A stretch of 64,000 nucleotides of DNA from Acidobacteriota bacterium (GCA_040753175.1 JBFMEW010000018.1:31347-95346); one strand, 5' to 3'. Positions 18,834-29,859 are shown, counted from the stretch's first letter. Program-made: numbers and translations. Notes: generated by a model from the sequence alone, not told the origin.

Positions 18834-19607
18834 TTACTTCAAATCGGCCATCACGGGGGCGTGATCCGAGGGAGTGAGATCTTCTTTCTTCTTGCGGTAC
18901 TCGCGATCGATCTCGATATGGGTGACCCGCTCCAGGACAGGCCGAGTGGCCAGCAAAAAATCGATCCGCAAACCCTGGTTCTTGTGGAATGCTCCTGCCC
19001 GATAGTCCCACCACGAGAACTGGCGATCTTCGGGGCGCCGCTCACGGTACAGGTCGAATAATCCCCACTTTCTCAATTGGTCGAAACGCAGCCGCTCTTC
19101 CTCAGTGTGGAAAATTTGTCCGTGTAACTTCTCTTCGCTCCACGTATCCAATGGCGTCGGGCAAAGGTTCAAGTCGCCGCACAAAATCAGTGATTCAGTG
19201 GGTGAGCATTTCGCCTCCAAGTGATCGACCAGGGCGTCCAGCCATTCCAGCTTGCGCGGGAAATCGGGATGCCCGACGTCCTTCCCGTTTGGACAGTACA
19301 CCGTGGTAAAGGTGATCTCGCCGCAGGTGGCGGTGATCAATCGGGCTCCCTGATCCTCCTGCCCGGGAAGGCCAACCTGCCTGAGTGCGGCCGGGTTGCG
19401 GCTCAAGATTGCCACTCCGTTCCAGGCCTTTTGTGTGTGGGCCAGGCAATGGTAACCGGCCGACTGAAATTCGGCATAGGGCAGGCTTTCATCAGTCAGC
19501 TTAAGCTCCTGCAAACCGATCAGGTCGGGCTGGCGCGAGCGAAGCCAGTGAAAAAGAAAATCCAGACGAGCGCGGAGGCCGTTCACGTTCCAGGTTGCAA
19601 TACGCAT
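18834..19607 (-). CDS. xth: Exodeoxyribonuclease III
   Basis: MRIATWNVNGLRAR, LQELK, GDLN, FSWWDYR, GLRID and PSDHAPV motifs. Confidence 0.95.
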   Translation of the reverse strand: MRIATWNVNGLRARLDFLFHWLRSRQPDLIGLQELKLTDESLPYAEFQSAGYHCLAHTQKAWNGVAILSRNPAALRQVGLPGQEDQGARLITATCGEITFTTVYCPNGKDVGHPDFPRKLEWLDALVDHLEAKCSPTESLILCGDLNLCPTPLDTWSEEKLHGQIFHTEEERLRFDQLRKWGLFDLYRERRPEDRQFSWWDYRAGAFHKNQGLRIDFLLATRPVLERVTHIEIDREYRKKKEDLTPSDHAPVMADLK

Positions 19608-19638
19608 CAGATCTCCATGTGGAGTCTATCGAGGAGGC

Positions 19639-20130
19639 TCAAGACTCGACCGGCGCTTCAGCCAGCAAGGTGTCGAGGATCAGAGGACGCGTAAACATGG
19701 CCAGCTTGCTGTCTGCTGTGCGAGGCCACTCCGCTTCCGGACGGTCGCGGTAGAGTTCGAGACCATTGCCGTCAGGGTCTCGAAGGTAGAGGGCTTCGCT
19801 CACTCCATGATCGCTGGCACCATCGAGTTCAATGCCTGCATTCTGAAGCCGGCGAAGAGCGTCTGCCAATGTCCTTCGATCTGGATAACAAATTGCCAGG
19901 TGGTAAAGTCCGGTCGTACCCGGTGCCGGGGGCCCTCCGCCACGGCTCTCCCACGTGTTGAGTCCGATATGGTGGTGATAGCCTCCGGCGCTCACGAAAG
20001 CCGCGGAAGAACCCAGTCGCTGCACGAGGTCAAATCCCAGAACTCCACAGTAAAAGGCCAGAGATCGTTCCAAGTCGGCCACCTTAAGGTGGACGTGGCC
20101 AATTCTAACTCGCGGGTCGATGGAGGACAT
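19639..20130 (-). CDS. VOC family protein (single-domain catechol dioxygenase CatE-like)
   Basis: IGHVHLKVADL, GGYHHHIGLNTW and DHGVSEALYLRDPDGNGLELY motifs. Confidence 0.9.
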   Translation of the reverse strand: MSSIDPRVRIGHVHLKVADLERSLAFYCGVLGFDLVQRLGSSAAFVSAGGYHHHIGLNTWESRGGGPPAPGTTGLYHLAICYPDRRTLADALRRLQNAGIELDGASDHGVSEALYLRDPDGNGLELYRDRPEAEWPRTADSKLAMFTRPLILDTLLAEAPVES

Positions 20131-20139
20131 GGTTGTTGT

Positions 20140-20868
20140 TCAGTTGAGCTGTCCCAGCAACCGGCCGAAGCCTGGCACCGATGCCCCGATCCCGAGCTTT
20201 CGAAAGGCGGCCCAGATCGTGGCTTGATTGGACGTCACGACCGGTCTGCCAATCCGATCCTCGAGTGCGGCAGCCACCTCCAAAGACCGCCATGCCGTGC
20301 ACGAACAGAGCAAAGCGTCAGCCTGGGGACGGCAGGAGCGGGAGGCAAACTCGAGAACAACTTCGGGTTCCTGGTCGTTGATGTCCTGGTTGCCCCCGCG
20401 TGCTGCGGTGGGTTCTCCTTCGACGTTCAAGACTTCAAAACCTGCAGCTTCCAAATACGCCTGCAGCTTGCGATTGCTCCAGTCCGGATAAGGTGTGGCC
20501 ACGGAGACCTTTCTGGCCTGGAAGAAGCGCAGCGCGTCGACGACAGATGGACTGGTGGCAACCGCGGGCGCTTTGGCGGCCCGTTCAATGATCGTTACCA
20601 TTTCCCGGTCCCAGCCGGGTCCCTTATAGAAGCTGCCAGTGGTGCAAGCATAAGCGACCACATCGACTCGGGCAGTTCCCAGGTAACGGGCGCCGGTCTC
20701 AATGTCGGCATTCATACGATTCATGCCCTCTTCGCTGAGCATGTCGTTGGTGAGCCAAAGGCGTTGCCCGTGAATCGTCACGCCAGCGGGGGCCACACGC
20801 TGAAAGTCGGCCTCGCATGTGGTATTGGTGGATGGCACCATCACGCCAATGCGACTGGGTAGCGCCAT
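20140..20868 (-). CDS. Maleate cis-trans isomerase / Asp-Glu racemase superfamily protein
   Basis: RIGVMVPSTNTTCE, two catalytic Cys motifs (YACTTGS, SCTAW), ATPY and PVVTSNQAT. Confidence 0.88.
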   Translation of the reverse strand: MALPSRIGVMVPSTNTTCEADFQRVAPAGVTIHGQRLWLTNDMLSEEGMNRMNADIETGARYLGTARVDVVAYACTTGSFYKGPGWDREMVTIIERAAKAPAVATSPSVVDALRFFQARKVSVATPYPDWSNRKLQAYLEAAGFEVLNVEGEPTAARGGNQDINDQEPEVVLEFASRSCRPQADALLCSCTAWRSLEVAAALEDRIGRPVVTSNQATIWAAFRKLGIGASVPGFGRLLGQLN

Positions 20869-20964
20869 GGATCAGGTTCCTCGCTTTTTCGTTAGATTGT
20901 GACGAGCTTCAATCCGCTGCGACTTCAAGGTCTATGATAGTCGATGGGTTGACAAGGCTTCTTC

Positions 20965-22569
20965 TTAGTGCGAGATTGCTTTTTCGGCTCCCAAGCCCGT
21001 ATTGCCCCGAACCTGTAGTTCTGCGAAGCGACCTTCGTGAACCGGCTCCCGGCTCAGGAAGGTTCCCACGATGGCTCCCAGAAAGCCTAACGGGATGCTG
21101 ACGATTCCCGGGTTCTCCAGCGGGAACAGAGCCGGCCGCTGAATCAGGTGCCGAACTGCGTTGGCCGCCATTGGAGGATCGACTCCCATGACGCTGGGAC
21201 TGACCAGGATTAGAATAATCGAGGCCAAAAGCCCCGAAGCCAACCCAGCCAACGCGCCGAGCGTATTGAAGCGTTTCCAGAAAATCGAAAGTACGATCAC
21301 CGGTAGATTGGCAGAAGCCGCCACCGCAAAGGCCAATCCGACCAGAAAGGCTACGTTGGCATTAGGGCCGAGTACAATGGCCAGCAAGATGGAAACAGCA
21401 CCCACGACTAGGGCTGTTACACGAGCCACGCGAACCTCTTCTCCCGGGGCCCTTTCACGGCCGTGATGAATGACATTGGTGTAGAAATCATGCGCGAAGG
21501 AGGTGGAGGCGCTGATCGTGAGACCTGCAACTACGGCCAGGATAGTGGCAAAGGCGATGGCGGCAATGAAGGCGAAGAAGAGATCCCCTCCCAGATCCTG
21601 AGCCAGCAGTGGGGCGCTCATATTAGTGCCGCCGTTTGCCGAGATCTGGTCTCGCCCGACAATCGTTGCCGCGCCAAATCCTAGAAAGGTGGTCAGGATG
21701 TAGAAAAGCCCAATCAACACCATGGCCCATACGACGCTGATGCGAGCTGTCTTGGCATCGGGCACAGTGTAAAACCTCACCAGAATGTGCGGTAGTCCTG
21801 CCGTTCCGAATACCAGAGCCATGCCCAGGGACAGCAGGTCGAGAGCACCGTAAGGGGGTTTGAATTTCAGCCCAGGGGTCAGGAAGTCCTCCGTCACCAA
21901 GACGCCATTCTGGTGATAGCTGACGTGCCCAATAGCATCGAAAAAGGCACTGATTCGAAACCCAAAGTAAGCCAGCACGAGGATGCTGAGAAGCAAAGTT
22001 CCTCCCAATAGCAAAATTGCCTTGATGATCTGCACCCAGGTCGTGGCCAGCATGCCTCCAAAGACGACGTAGATGATCATCAGAACGCCGACGCCTGTCA
22101 CTGCGGTTTCATAGCGGATACCTGAGTCCTTCAGGAGCAACGAAACCAAGGCTCCGGCACCAACCATTTGGGCAATCATATAGAAGGTGCTGACGGTCAA
22201 TGTACTGAGCGATGCCATGGCGCGCACTGGACGCGGATTCAGACGATAGGCCAGGATGTCAGCCATGGTGTACTTGCCGGCGTTTCGCAAGGGCTCAGCC
22301 ACGATGAGTAGCACCGTAAGGTAAGCCACCAGAAAGCCCACGGAATACATGAATCCATCGAAACCCTGAAAGGCGATCATCCCTGCGATTCCCAGGAAAG
22401 AGGCGGCGCTCATGTAGTCGCCTGACACGGCCAGCCCATTTTGCCAGCCGGTGATGGATCGACCGGCCGCAAAGTAGGAGGTCGCACCCGTGTGCTGTCG
22501 GGCTGCCCAGAAGGTGATCGCCAGAGTCACAGCCACAAACATCAGGAACAAGACAATCGATGCTGACAA
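20965..22569 (-). CDS. actP: Cation/acetate symporter ActP (solute:sodium symporter family)
   Basis: ITGWQNGLAVSGDYMSAASFLG and FGTAGLPHILVRFYTVPDAK motifs. Confidence 0.92.
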   Translation of the reverse strand: MSASIVLFLMFVAVTLAITFWAARQHTGATSYFAAGRSITGWQNGLAVSGDYMSAASFLGIAGMIAFQGFDGFMYSVGFLVAYLTVLLIVAEPLRNAGKYTMADILAYRLNPRPVRAMASLSTLTVSTFYMIAQMVGAGALVSLLLKDSGIRYETAVTGVGVLMIIYVVFGGMLATTWVQIIKAILLLGGTLLLSILVLAYFGFRISAFFDAIGHVSYHQNGVLVTEDFLTPGLKFKPPYGALDLLSLGMALVFGTAGLPHILVRFYTVPDAKTARISVVWAMVLIGLFYILTTFLGFGAATIVGRDQISANGGTNMSAPLLAQDLGGDLFFAFIAAIAFATILAVVAGLTISASTSFAHDFYTNVIHHGRERAPGEEVRVARVTALVVGAVSILLAIVLGPNANVAFLVGLAFAVAASANLPVIVLSIFWKRFNTLGALAGLASGLLASIILILVSPSVMGVDPPMAANAVRHLIQRPALFPLENPGIVSIPLGFLGAIVGTFLSREPVHEGRFAELQVRGNTGLGAEKAISH

Positions 22570-22572
22570 GGT

Positions 22573-23025
22573 TCAGCGTCCTCCCTGGTTTCGATGAGTC
22601 GCGGCCATTTCAACGATGAGTTTGGCCTGTCGATCGAAGCGGTTAGCGGCTCGAATGTAAAGTGCTGCGACCAGCCACGCCATAAAGAACTGGGAAAGAG
22701 CAAAGAGATAGGCGACGTTGAGAACTCCCCACACCTTCCGTGACAGCAGTTCAGGGGCGTAACCCACCAGCAGAGGCAGGGCGAAGTAGTAGATCATGGA
22801 AACAAAACAGGCCGGGACCACGAATCGCATCTTGGCTCTGAGAAGAGACTGGAACTCCGTCGTAGCAGCCAGCCGTTGCCAATCCACCCCAGCGCGTTCC
22901 TCATCGGCCGTCCGCTCGTGAGACGGTTTGGGAGTGGGATGACCCAAGGGCGCAACGTCCGTGCCGGCTCCCACCTCGGGTGTGAGGTCGATCGAATCCG
23001 AGTCTCGCGGCAGTTTTTCAGACAT
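22573..23025 (-). CDS. yjcH: DUF485 (YjcH) small membrane partner of ActP
   Basis: Two TMs, YFALPLLVGYAPE and YIRAANRFD motifs, located immediately upstream of actP. Confidence 0.85.
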   Translation of the reverse strand: MSEKLPRDSDSIDLTPEVGAGTDVAPLGHPTPKPSHERTADEERAGVDWQRLAATTEFQSLLRAKMRFVVPACFVSMIYYFALPLLVGYAPELLSRKVWGVLNVAYLFALSQFFMAWLVAALYIRAANRFDRQAKLIVEMAATHRNQGGR

Positions 23026-23210
23026 GGCTCAAGAGCCTCAAGAGATCAAAGACGACGACGGTCTGGCCATCAACCAGGGCGCGAGGCCGAGAAGGAGCAC
23101 TGTACCAGCCTCCTTCGGACAAGTCCACCCATCACGGATAACGGGGCCCACATCAGGAAACCGCTCGGCAAATCGGGATCGAAGGATGGAATCACAGGCT
23201 CCAGCGCCAG

Positions 23211-24572
23211 TCAGCGGGTTACGGCCGGGAGGCCCGCCAATGCCAGTGCGATTTCTTCCGCTGGGTAGTCAAAGTTCTGCAGCTTCCCAGCCGTGTAGTC
23301 AATATAAGCTTGCATGTCGAAATGGCCGTGGCCACACAGGTTGAACAAGATGGCCCGGCTCTGACCCTCCTCCTTGCATCGCAGGGCTTCCTGAATTGCG
23401 CCGGCTACCGCGTGATTCGCTTCAGGGGCAGGTAGGATTCCTTCCGCCTGAGCGAACTGAACTCCAGCTGCGAACGCATCCAGCTGTTGGACTGAGATGG
23501 CTTCGATCTGTGCCAGGTCGAGGAGGTGACTGACCAGAGGAGCCATGCCGTGGTAGCGAAGGCCGCCGGAATGGATCCCCGGCGGAACAAAAGTGCTGCC
23601 CAGGGTATGCATTTTGACCAGAGGCGTGAGATGTGCCGTGTCTCCAAAGTCGTATGCAAAGCGCCCCCTGGTGAGACTGGGGCAGGCGGCGGGTTCCACG
23701 GCCACCACGCGCACGGCATTCGCGCCGCGCAGCTTGGCGCCCAGGTAGGGGAACGAAAGTCCTGCGAAGTTCGAGCCTCCACCTGTGCAGCCAACGATGA
23801 TGTCCGGTTCGTCGTTGGCCATCTCCATCTGCTCGATGGCCTCCAGTCCAATGACGGTTTGGTGCAGCAGTACGTGATTCAGCACGCTGCCCAGCGCGTA
23901 ATGCGCCTCCGGGTCCGGCCCTGCCACTTCCACTGCCTCCGAGATGGCAATACCCAGTGATCCGGTTGAATCCGGGTGACGCTCCAGGATGCTGCGTCCG
24001 GCTTTGGTTTCCGGGCTGGGGCTAGCTGTAACGTGCGCTCCATAGGCCTCCATCAAAGCGCGGCGATACGGTTTCTGATCGTAGCTCACGCGGACCATGT
24101 AGACCTTGCACTCGAGTCCGAAGAAAGCACAAGCCATGGCCAGTGAAGATCCCCATTGCCCTGCTCCCGTTTCCGTCACCAGGCGACGGATGCCGTTTCG
24201 CTTGTTGTAGTAGGCCTGCGCTACAGCGGTATTGGGTTTGTGCGAGCCGGCAGGACTCACGCCTTCGTACTTGTAGTAAATGCGCGCTGGCGTATCGAGG
24301 GCCTTTTCAAGCCGTCGGGCTCTAAACAGCGGGGTAGGCCGCCATTGGCGATACACCTGTCGCACCTCGTGCGGAACCTCGATTCGCTGTTCCAGACTGA
24401 CTTCCTGAAGAATGAGATCCATTGGGAACAAGGGCAACAGATCGTCCGGCGTTACGGGCTGCAGAGTTGCCGGATGGAGTACCGGAGCCGGCGGCTGCGG
24501 CAAGTCGGCCAGGATGTTGTACCAGACGTTCGGGATGCGGTCTTCATTGAGAAGGAACTTCACACTGTCCAT
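23211..24572 (-). CDS. trpB2: Tryptophan synthase beta chain type 2 (TrpB2)
   Basis: YYKYEGVSPAGSHKPNTA (PLP Lys), TETGAGQWG, GGGSNF and IHSGGLRYHG. Stand-alone gene. Confidence 0.93.
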   Translation of the reverse strand: MDSVKFLLNEDRIPNVWYNILADLPQPPAPVLHPATLQPVTPDDLLPLFPMDLILQEVSLEQRIEVPHEVRQVYRQWRPTPLFRARRLEKALDTPARIYYKYEGVSPAGSHKPNTAVAQAYYNKRNGIRRLVTETGAGQWGSSLAMACAFFGLECKVYMVRVSYDQKPYRRALMEAYGAHVTASPSPETKAGRSILERHPDSTGSLGIAISEAVEVAGPDPEAHYALGSVLNHVLLHQTVIGLEAIEQMEMANDEPDIIVGCTGGGSNFAGLSFPYLGAKLRGANAVRVVAVEPAACPSLTRGRFAYDFGDTAHLTPLVKMHTLGSTFVPPGIHSGGLRYHGMAPLVSHLLDLAQIEAISVQQLDAFAAGVQFAQAEGILPAPEANHAVAGAIQEALRCKEEGQSRAILFNLCGHGHFDMQAYIDYTAGKLQNFDYPAEEIALALAGLPAVTR

Positions 24573-24767
24573 GATGCCTCCCTCGGGCGTTCAAGCTCGG
24601 CCGACAAACGGCGAGCGAATGAAAGCAAGAATTCTAGCGAACACAGAAAATCAACGCCAACGTCTCACCGCACGGGCCACTGGGAATTCGCAATGCGCTG
24701 GTGCCGGTTAGGAACTTGGAGCAGCGCACTTGTTCACGGCCATTCAATGCGCTGCCGAGCTAGAGAG

Positions 24768-25694
24768 CTACTCACCCTCAGCAACGTCGCGAAGGGAGAA
24801 GTGAATGTACGGAAAACACTCCGGAATATGGGAGTCCCAGATCCCATGGGGGCTCCAGGCCCACCCACCAGAGTCATTGGCCGGCGGCGGTGCTTTGTAC
24901 TGGTTGAACCTTGAGAAATCCATGCGCCAAACGTCTCCCTCGCGAGGCGGTAGCGCGCGACCATCCCCTTTGGCCAGCCATTTCATGCCCTGCCACGGAA
25001 ACGCGAGTTCAACGGTCCACCCCTGATCCTTGTCCTGGCTGTTGTTTAAGGTTCCATCCACCCAAACAGCTGACCTTAGGCCGGGAAAGTCCCAATTCCA
25101 GAACCCTAAGCGCTGGCCCCGAGGGTGCGTGGTGAATCCCACTCCATTAAAGGGCCGCACTTCCGGATGGGATCGCTTGAACTCTGGTATTGAGGCGTAC
25201 CCGCCTCGCTCATAGGCTTCCTCCCAGATGAAAAAGACTTCATAGATCGTATTGAGAGCGTTGATCTCGAACTCATAGTAGGCGTCCTGACCGGCGATGA
25301 ACACCTCCACATCGTTGTCCTCATAGATGGGGGCATCGCGCTTGGTGAGCCTGGCCCTCACATCCGGTTCCTCTACCCAAAAGCCGACATAGAGGTTTTC
25401 ATCGTCCCACAACACAGCAGCCCGGGTGTCGTAAAGAGTGGGTTCGCCCGAGACGAGGTCGGCAAAACGAGAAGAACGAGGTGCGTTTCGCCAGCACTCC
25501 TCGTCGAGGCGCCCATCCACGCGGATAGGTTGCCGCACGCGATAGGCAGTGTAGTGGGCTATCGCTTTTTCATCACACGGGAACGCCATCTTCTTCGATT
25601 CTCCCAATGAGTACCAGGCAGCAGCCGTGCTGAACACGGCGGGCAGCAGCATCCAAGCTACAACTTTGCCGGTTGGCAGTGGAGAGAACCACAT
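24768..25694 (-). CDS. Carbohydrate-binding family 9-like (DOMON-like) protein
   Basis: IRVDGRLDE..W, LWDDENLYV, DNDVEVFI, YYEFEINALNT and GWTVELAFPW motifs. Confidence 0.85.
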   Translation of the reverse strand: MWFSPLPTGKVVAWMLLPAVFSTAAAWYSLGESKKMAFPCDEKAIAHYTAYRVRQPIRVDGRLDEECWRNAPRSSRFADLVSGEPTLYDTRAAVLWDDENLYVGFWVEEPDVRARLTKRDAPIYEDNDVEVFIAGQDAYYEFEINALNTIYEVFFIWEEAYERGGYASIPEFKRSHPEVRPFNGVGFTTHPRGQRLGFWNWDFPGLRSAVWVDGTLNNSQDKDQGWTVELAFPWQGMKWLAKGDGRALPPREGDVWRMDFSRFNQYKAPPPANDSGGWAWSPHGIWDSHIPECFPYIHFSLRDVAEGE

Positions 25695-25916
25695 CCAGCC
25701 TCGCCCCTCCCGCTAGGTCCAGGTCAGTTCCGAACGCGGCGCCAGTGTACAACGGCCGCGTTATCGCAAGAAAGACGAATCGTTGCGGAATAGCCCGGTC
25801 AAGCGGAGAGCGGGCGTGTCTGTTTTCACGCGTGACTTGGTGCCATCATCCTTTCTACCCGGGTTCATTGCAGCTTCGTTTATACTGCCTTCTTTTCGAT
25901 GGGGAAGGAGTAGCGC

Positions 25917-26975
25917 GTGACGGGACTGATAGTGAGATGCGGCTTGTTTCTGGTGACTCTTGTCACCATTACGTTTGGGGGGTGCCATCGGGCCGAACCG
26001 GAGCGGCGCAACGAGATTAGGCTCGGCTGCTTCCCAAACCTCACTCACGCGCAAGCGTTGATTGGCTTGGCAAACGGAACCTTTCAGCGGCACCTCGGAC
26101 CAGACACGCCGATTGTCCAAAAGATCTTTCCTTCCGGTCCCTCGGCAATGGAGGCCATACTGGCCGGAGAAGTGGACTTGGTTTACGTGGGTCCCGGGCC
26201 CGCCATCAACGGCTTTGTGAGAAGTCGGGCCAGGGTCTTCAAGATCATCGCGGGGGCGGCCAGCGGCGGCTCGGTTCTGGTGGCCCGCGAAGGCGTCCGC
26301 TTGGAATTATCGGAAGACTATCAACACAAACGGTTTGCTTCGCCCCAGATTGGGAACACACAGGATGTATCGTTACGCATCTATTTGAAGGAGATGGGCT
26401 ATCTTCCGCTGGAGAAGGGGGGCACTGTCGAGGTCTTGCCCGTGGCGAATCCTGATATCCTGTCGTTGTTCCTGCGGCGAGAAATTCATGCGGCCTGGGT
26501 CCCGGAGCCTTGGGGAACGATATTAGTCCGCCAGGGGAACGGGCACATTGTGATCGACGAAAGGGACTTGTGGCCTGACAGGCGCTTCGCTACGACGGTT
26601 CTGGTGGCCGCCAACGCCTTTCTCGCACGAAGTCCGGAGCAAGCTGCCAAGTTGCTGGCAGGTCACGTTGAGGTGACGTCCTGGGTTCAAGAGCATCCGG
26701 CAGAGGCGAGTCGGCTGTTGAATCAGGAGATTTCCAGGATCATGCGCAAAGAGATGAACGGAGCCATCTTGGACGAGGCTTTGCAAAGAGTGGAGGTGAC
26801 ATGGGATCCCATCGCCTCATCAATTCACACATACTTCAGGCGCGCACGGGAACTGAAGTACGTCAAGAAAGGCACCATACAAGGATTGGTCGATGTGAGC
26901 CTGTTGAATCAGGTCCTGGCCGAGAAAGGCCTGCCGCTGGTGGTGACCGAGGCCGAAACGGCGAACGAAAACTAA
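25917..26975 (+). CDS. SsuA/TauA-like (sulfonate/nitrate) ABC substrate-binding lipoprotein
   Basis: Lipobox-like FGGC, then IRLGCFPNLTHAQALIG, SPQIGNTQDV and AWVPEPW motifs. Confidence 0.88.
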   Translation: MTGLIVRCGLFLVTLVTITFGGCHRAEPERRNEIRLGCFPNLTHAQALIGLANGTFQRHLGPDTPIVQKIFPSGPSAMEAILAGEVDLVYVGPGPAINGFVRSRARVFKIIAGAASGGSVLVAREGVRLELSEDYQHKRFASPQIGNTQDVSLRIYLKEMGYLPLEKGGTVEVLPVANPDILSLFLRREIHAAWVPEPWGTILVRQGNGHIVIDERDLWPDRRFATTVLVAANAFLARSPEQAAKLLAGHVEVTSWVQEHPAEASRLLNQEISRIMRKEMNGAILDEALQRVEVTWDPIASSIHTYFRRARELKYVKKGTIQGLVDVSLLNQVLAEKGLPLVVTEAETANEN

Positions 26976-28333
26976 ACCCCGATTTCGCATGTAGACTCGT
27001 TGATGACTGGAGTCTCAGCAGGCGACACAAGACCCATCCCCAAGTCCAGGTCGGACACCCCCAGAGCCAGCCCCATGCCAGAGAGAGAGTCTTCCCGCTC
27101 CCAATCACCCCGCTCCAGGGCCTGAATGATTTGCCGGCAGGTCTCGCTCAGATCGCTCTCGGAGCCCGAAATCATGGCCTCATTGAGGACATTCAGCAGA
27201 TCGAGGTAGAAGCTGCTTTGGCCATACACCACCATCTTGTTGAAACTGTCGCGAGCTTCCCGCAGGTTGCTCATTCGCAGCTGAAGGATGACAAGGCGCT
27301 TCAGATATTCTTCCAGGTGAAGCCGGTCATCCGTTCGGATGAGCAGCGTGGTGAGAGCCTTGAGTGTTCGGATGTTTGGGCCATCCAATTCGAGCATCGA
27401 ATCGAGCATGACTCGCAAGCGACTGCTGTCCTTCATCTCAATGGCCGTTTCGAGGATGGCATCCACAATGTCCAAGCTTCCGCCAAGATCCCCTTCTGCG
27501 ATCAACACCTCCAGCAGCTTCACTGTCGGAGAGTACATCTGGGGATTCTTTGGGGCTGCAGTGGACAGGTACTTCTTGGCGACTTCCCGATTGCCGCTTT
27601 CGAGGAACATCTGGGCTAACAGAACCTTGAATTCCGGGTCTTCTTCCAGCGACAGCGAATGGAGGAGTTCTGCGGCCCGATCGATAAGATCCATGCCTTG
27701 CAGCAGCTCCAGGAGGGACCTGAGAAACTCTCGGTCGTCCGGCCTGATTCGAAGGATGTTATCGACCGCTGCCAGAGCCGCTTCTTTGTTCCCTTTCTGA
27801 GAAAGGATGCGGGCACATGTCAGGTAGCTCTCGGCCGCTTCACGGTGCCTGCCGAACTGCTGGAGAAACTGCGCTAACTCCTGTTGACTGTCGTGGCAAT
27901 AGGGATCGAAGTCGCAAATCTTTTGGAGAGCGGCCAAGGCTTTGTCATACTCTCCAAAACTCATCCACTGGTTCGCTACGAGACGATACTGAAGCTTGGC
28001 ATTCGGAATCTGACCCAGGTGCTCATAGAGCTCGGCCAGTCGAATGATGGCTTCCTGATTCTTCGGGGATATCTTGAGGATCTTCTTATAGGTGGCTACT
28101 GCGTTGGCGAACTGCTGACGGGACTCAAAAGCTTGCGCTAGCCGGTGATACCACTCCAAGGCTTGGTCCCGGTCGTCAAGGCGGCTGTAGAGGTCAGCGA
28201 TGTTGTTGATGATCGTCGAGTCTTCTGGTTCCATCGCGTGAATTTTCAGGTACTGTTCCAGGGCCAAGGAAAGCTTCCCTAACAAGATGTATTTGCCGGC
28301 CTGCTGCAGGAGTTTGTTCGTTTTGGGATCCAT
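26972..28333 (-). CDS. Tetratricopeptide repeat protein
   Basis: Serial TPR motifs (AVATYKKILKISP etc.). ATG chosen after the GGAG RBS. Confidence 0.85.
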   Translation of the reverse strand: MDPKTNKLLQQAGKYILLGKLSLALEQYLKIHAMEPEDSTIINNIADLYSRLDDRDQALEWYHRLAQAFESRQQFANAVATYKKILKISPKNQEAIIRLAELYEHLGQIPNAKLQYRLVANQWMSFGEYDKALAALQKICDFDPYCHDSQQELAQFLQQFGRHREAAESYLTCARILSQKGNKEAALAAVDNILRIRPDDREFLRSLLELLQGMDLIDRAAELLHSLSLEEDPEFKVLLAQMFLESGNREVAKKYLSTAAPKNPQMYSPTVKLLEVLIAEGDLGGSLDIVDAILETAIEMKDSSRLRVMLDSMLELDGPNIRTLKALTTLLIRTDDRLHLEEYLKRLVILQLRMSNLREARDSFNKMVVYGQSSFYLDLLNVLNEAMISGSESDLSETCRQIIQALERGDWEREDSLSGMGLALGVSDLDLGMGLVSPAETPVINESTCEIGV

Positions 28334-28797
28334 CGTCGTTCTCCACCAGAGTTTGTTTTTCGGATTCTCATCAGCCTTCCTCACGTTCAGGCATCGCGGG
28401 CAGTTAATCAGTTCCTTCGCCAAACCTGCATAGGATCGTAAATAGTTCAAAAGGTTAATGTTGTCCTGAGTTCTCTCGAATGTGGAGTCTCATCGTCGGT
28501 CAGATTGTCCGAAATTGGGAAAAGGAGACAGGGCTGACCGGCTTCTGAAGTGCCGGACGCTGTGAGGTTTGGGAGCCGGTCTTGCTGGCTTCGGGGTAAT
28601 CTGAAGGGCGCCAGGAGCAGGGGTGTAACGTAAGCCGGATGCCTGCCGTGCCCCCTGCCGGTACCGGGGCTGGACCAGGCGACTTTCAAATTGCCTTCCG
28701 GCTCCCGAGCAAATAGGATAGTTAATGCTTTTTTCGTAGCGACCAGAGCGTTTTTGCCCTTCTGCAGGTACCCAATTTATTTGAGGTCGTGGTGCAA

Positions 28798-29784
28798 ATG
28801 ATTCGACTGGCAATCATTAGCTTCGAGCATGTCCATGCTCCTCACTACCTCCAGGGCCTGAAGGAGATTGATGGGGTCAGCGTTGCGGCGGTGGCCGAGC
28901 CAGAGGACCGCCGGCTGGAAGCCCATTCTTCTTTGCTTCAGGGTATCCCGCGATACACCGACTACAAAAGGATGATTGAGGCTGAAGACCTGGATGGTGT
29001 CATCGTTTGCTCCGCCAACTCGCGGCACAAAGAAATCGTGATTGAGTGTGCCAGAGCCGGTCTCCCCGTTCTCTGCGAAAAGCCGATCGCCACCAGAACT
29101 GCGGATGCGCGCGAGATGTTGGCTGTCTGCCAGGCCCATGACAGTGCTCTGGTCATTTGCTTTCCGACTCGGTTTAGTCCGGCTTTGCATCAGGCTCGCG
29201 AAGTGCTCCGGCAAGGAAGTCTCGGCAAGCCTCTTGCGGTGAGTGCCACCAATCGAGGAATGATGCCCGGCGACTGGTTCGTTGACCCGGAACTGGCGGG
29301 GGGCGGAGCCCTCATGGATCACACGGTGCACGTTGCAGATGCCCTGCGCTGGCTTTTTGAGGCTGAGTTCACTCGCGTCTTTGCCCACGCCGCCACGCGT
29401 CTGCATCAGACTCCTGTTGAAGACGTTGGGCTGGTGACTCTGGAAATGAGCAATGAAGTATTCGTGACAGTCGATACCAGTTGGTCCCGGCCAAATCGAT
29501 CGTTTCCGCTCTGGGGAGATCTATGCATGAGGATCGTCGGGACTGAGGGGGTACTGGATGTGGATGTTGTGCCTTGGACGTTGAATCAGTACTCGGAGGA
29601 GGCGGGCAAACATTTAGTAACAGCCAGGGATGGCGACCTGAACATCCGACTCCTGACAGCGTTCGTCCAGTCTCTGTCCGGCCAATCCACGCTGCTGGCA
29701 AACGGTGTTGACGGATTGAGAGCTCTCGAGGTGGTAGAGGCCGCTTACAAATCGCTGGAGAGTCGGAACCCGGTGGCCCTGTGA
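28798..29784 (+). CDS. Gfo/Idh/MocA family oxidoreductase
   Basis: VLCEKPIA and GGGALMDHTVH motifs. Confidence 0.92.
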   Translation: MIRLAIISFEHVHAPHYLQGLKEIDGVSVAAVAEPEDRRLEAHSSLLQGIPRYTDYKRMIEAEDLDGVIVCSANSRHKEIVIECARAGLPVLCEKPIATRTADAREMLAVCQAHDSALVICFPTRFSPALHQAREVLRQGSLGKPLAVSATNRGMMPGDWFVDPELAGGGALMDHTVHVADALRWLFEAEFTRVFAHAATRLHQTPVEDVGLVTLEMSNEVFVTVDTSWSRPNRSFPLWGDLCMRIVGTEGVLDVDVVPWTLNQYSEEAGKHLVTARDGDLNIRLLTAFVQSLSGQSTLLANGVDGLRALEVVEAAYKSLESRNPVAL

Positions 29785-29859
29785 GGCCGTTAGGTTCAGA
29801 GCCGACATCGGCCTAACCATCAATCGTTCTGGATGCCGAAAATGAGTGATCCTTAACCT

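Noticed and set aside
28340-28790. Long intergenic region as a possible riboswitch or ncRNA
   Set aside because: I could not match c-di-GMP, SAM, cobalamin or other riboswitch consensus by eye. An Rfam/Infernal scan is needed.
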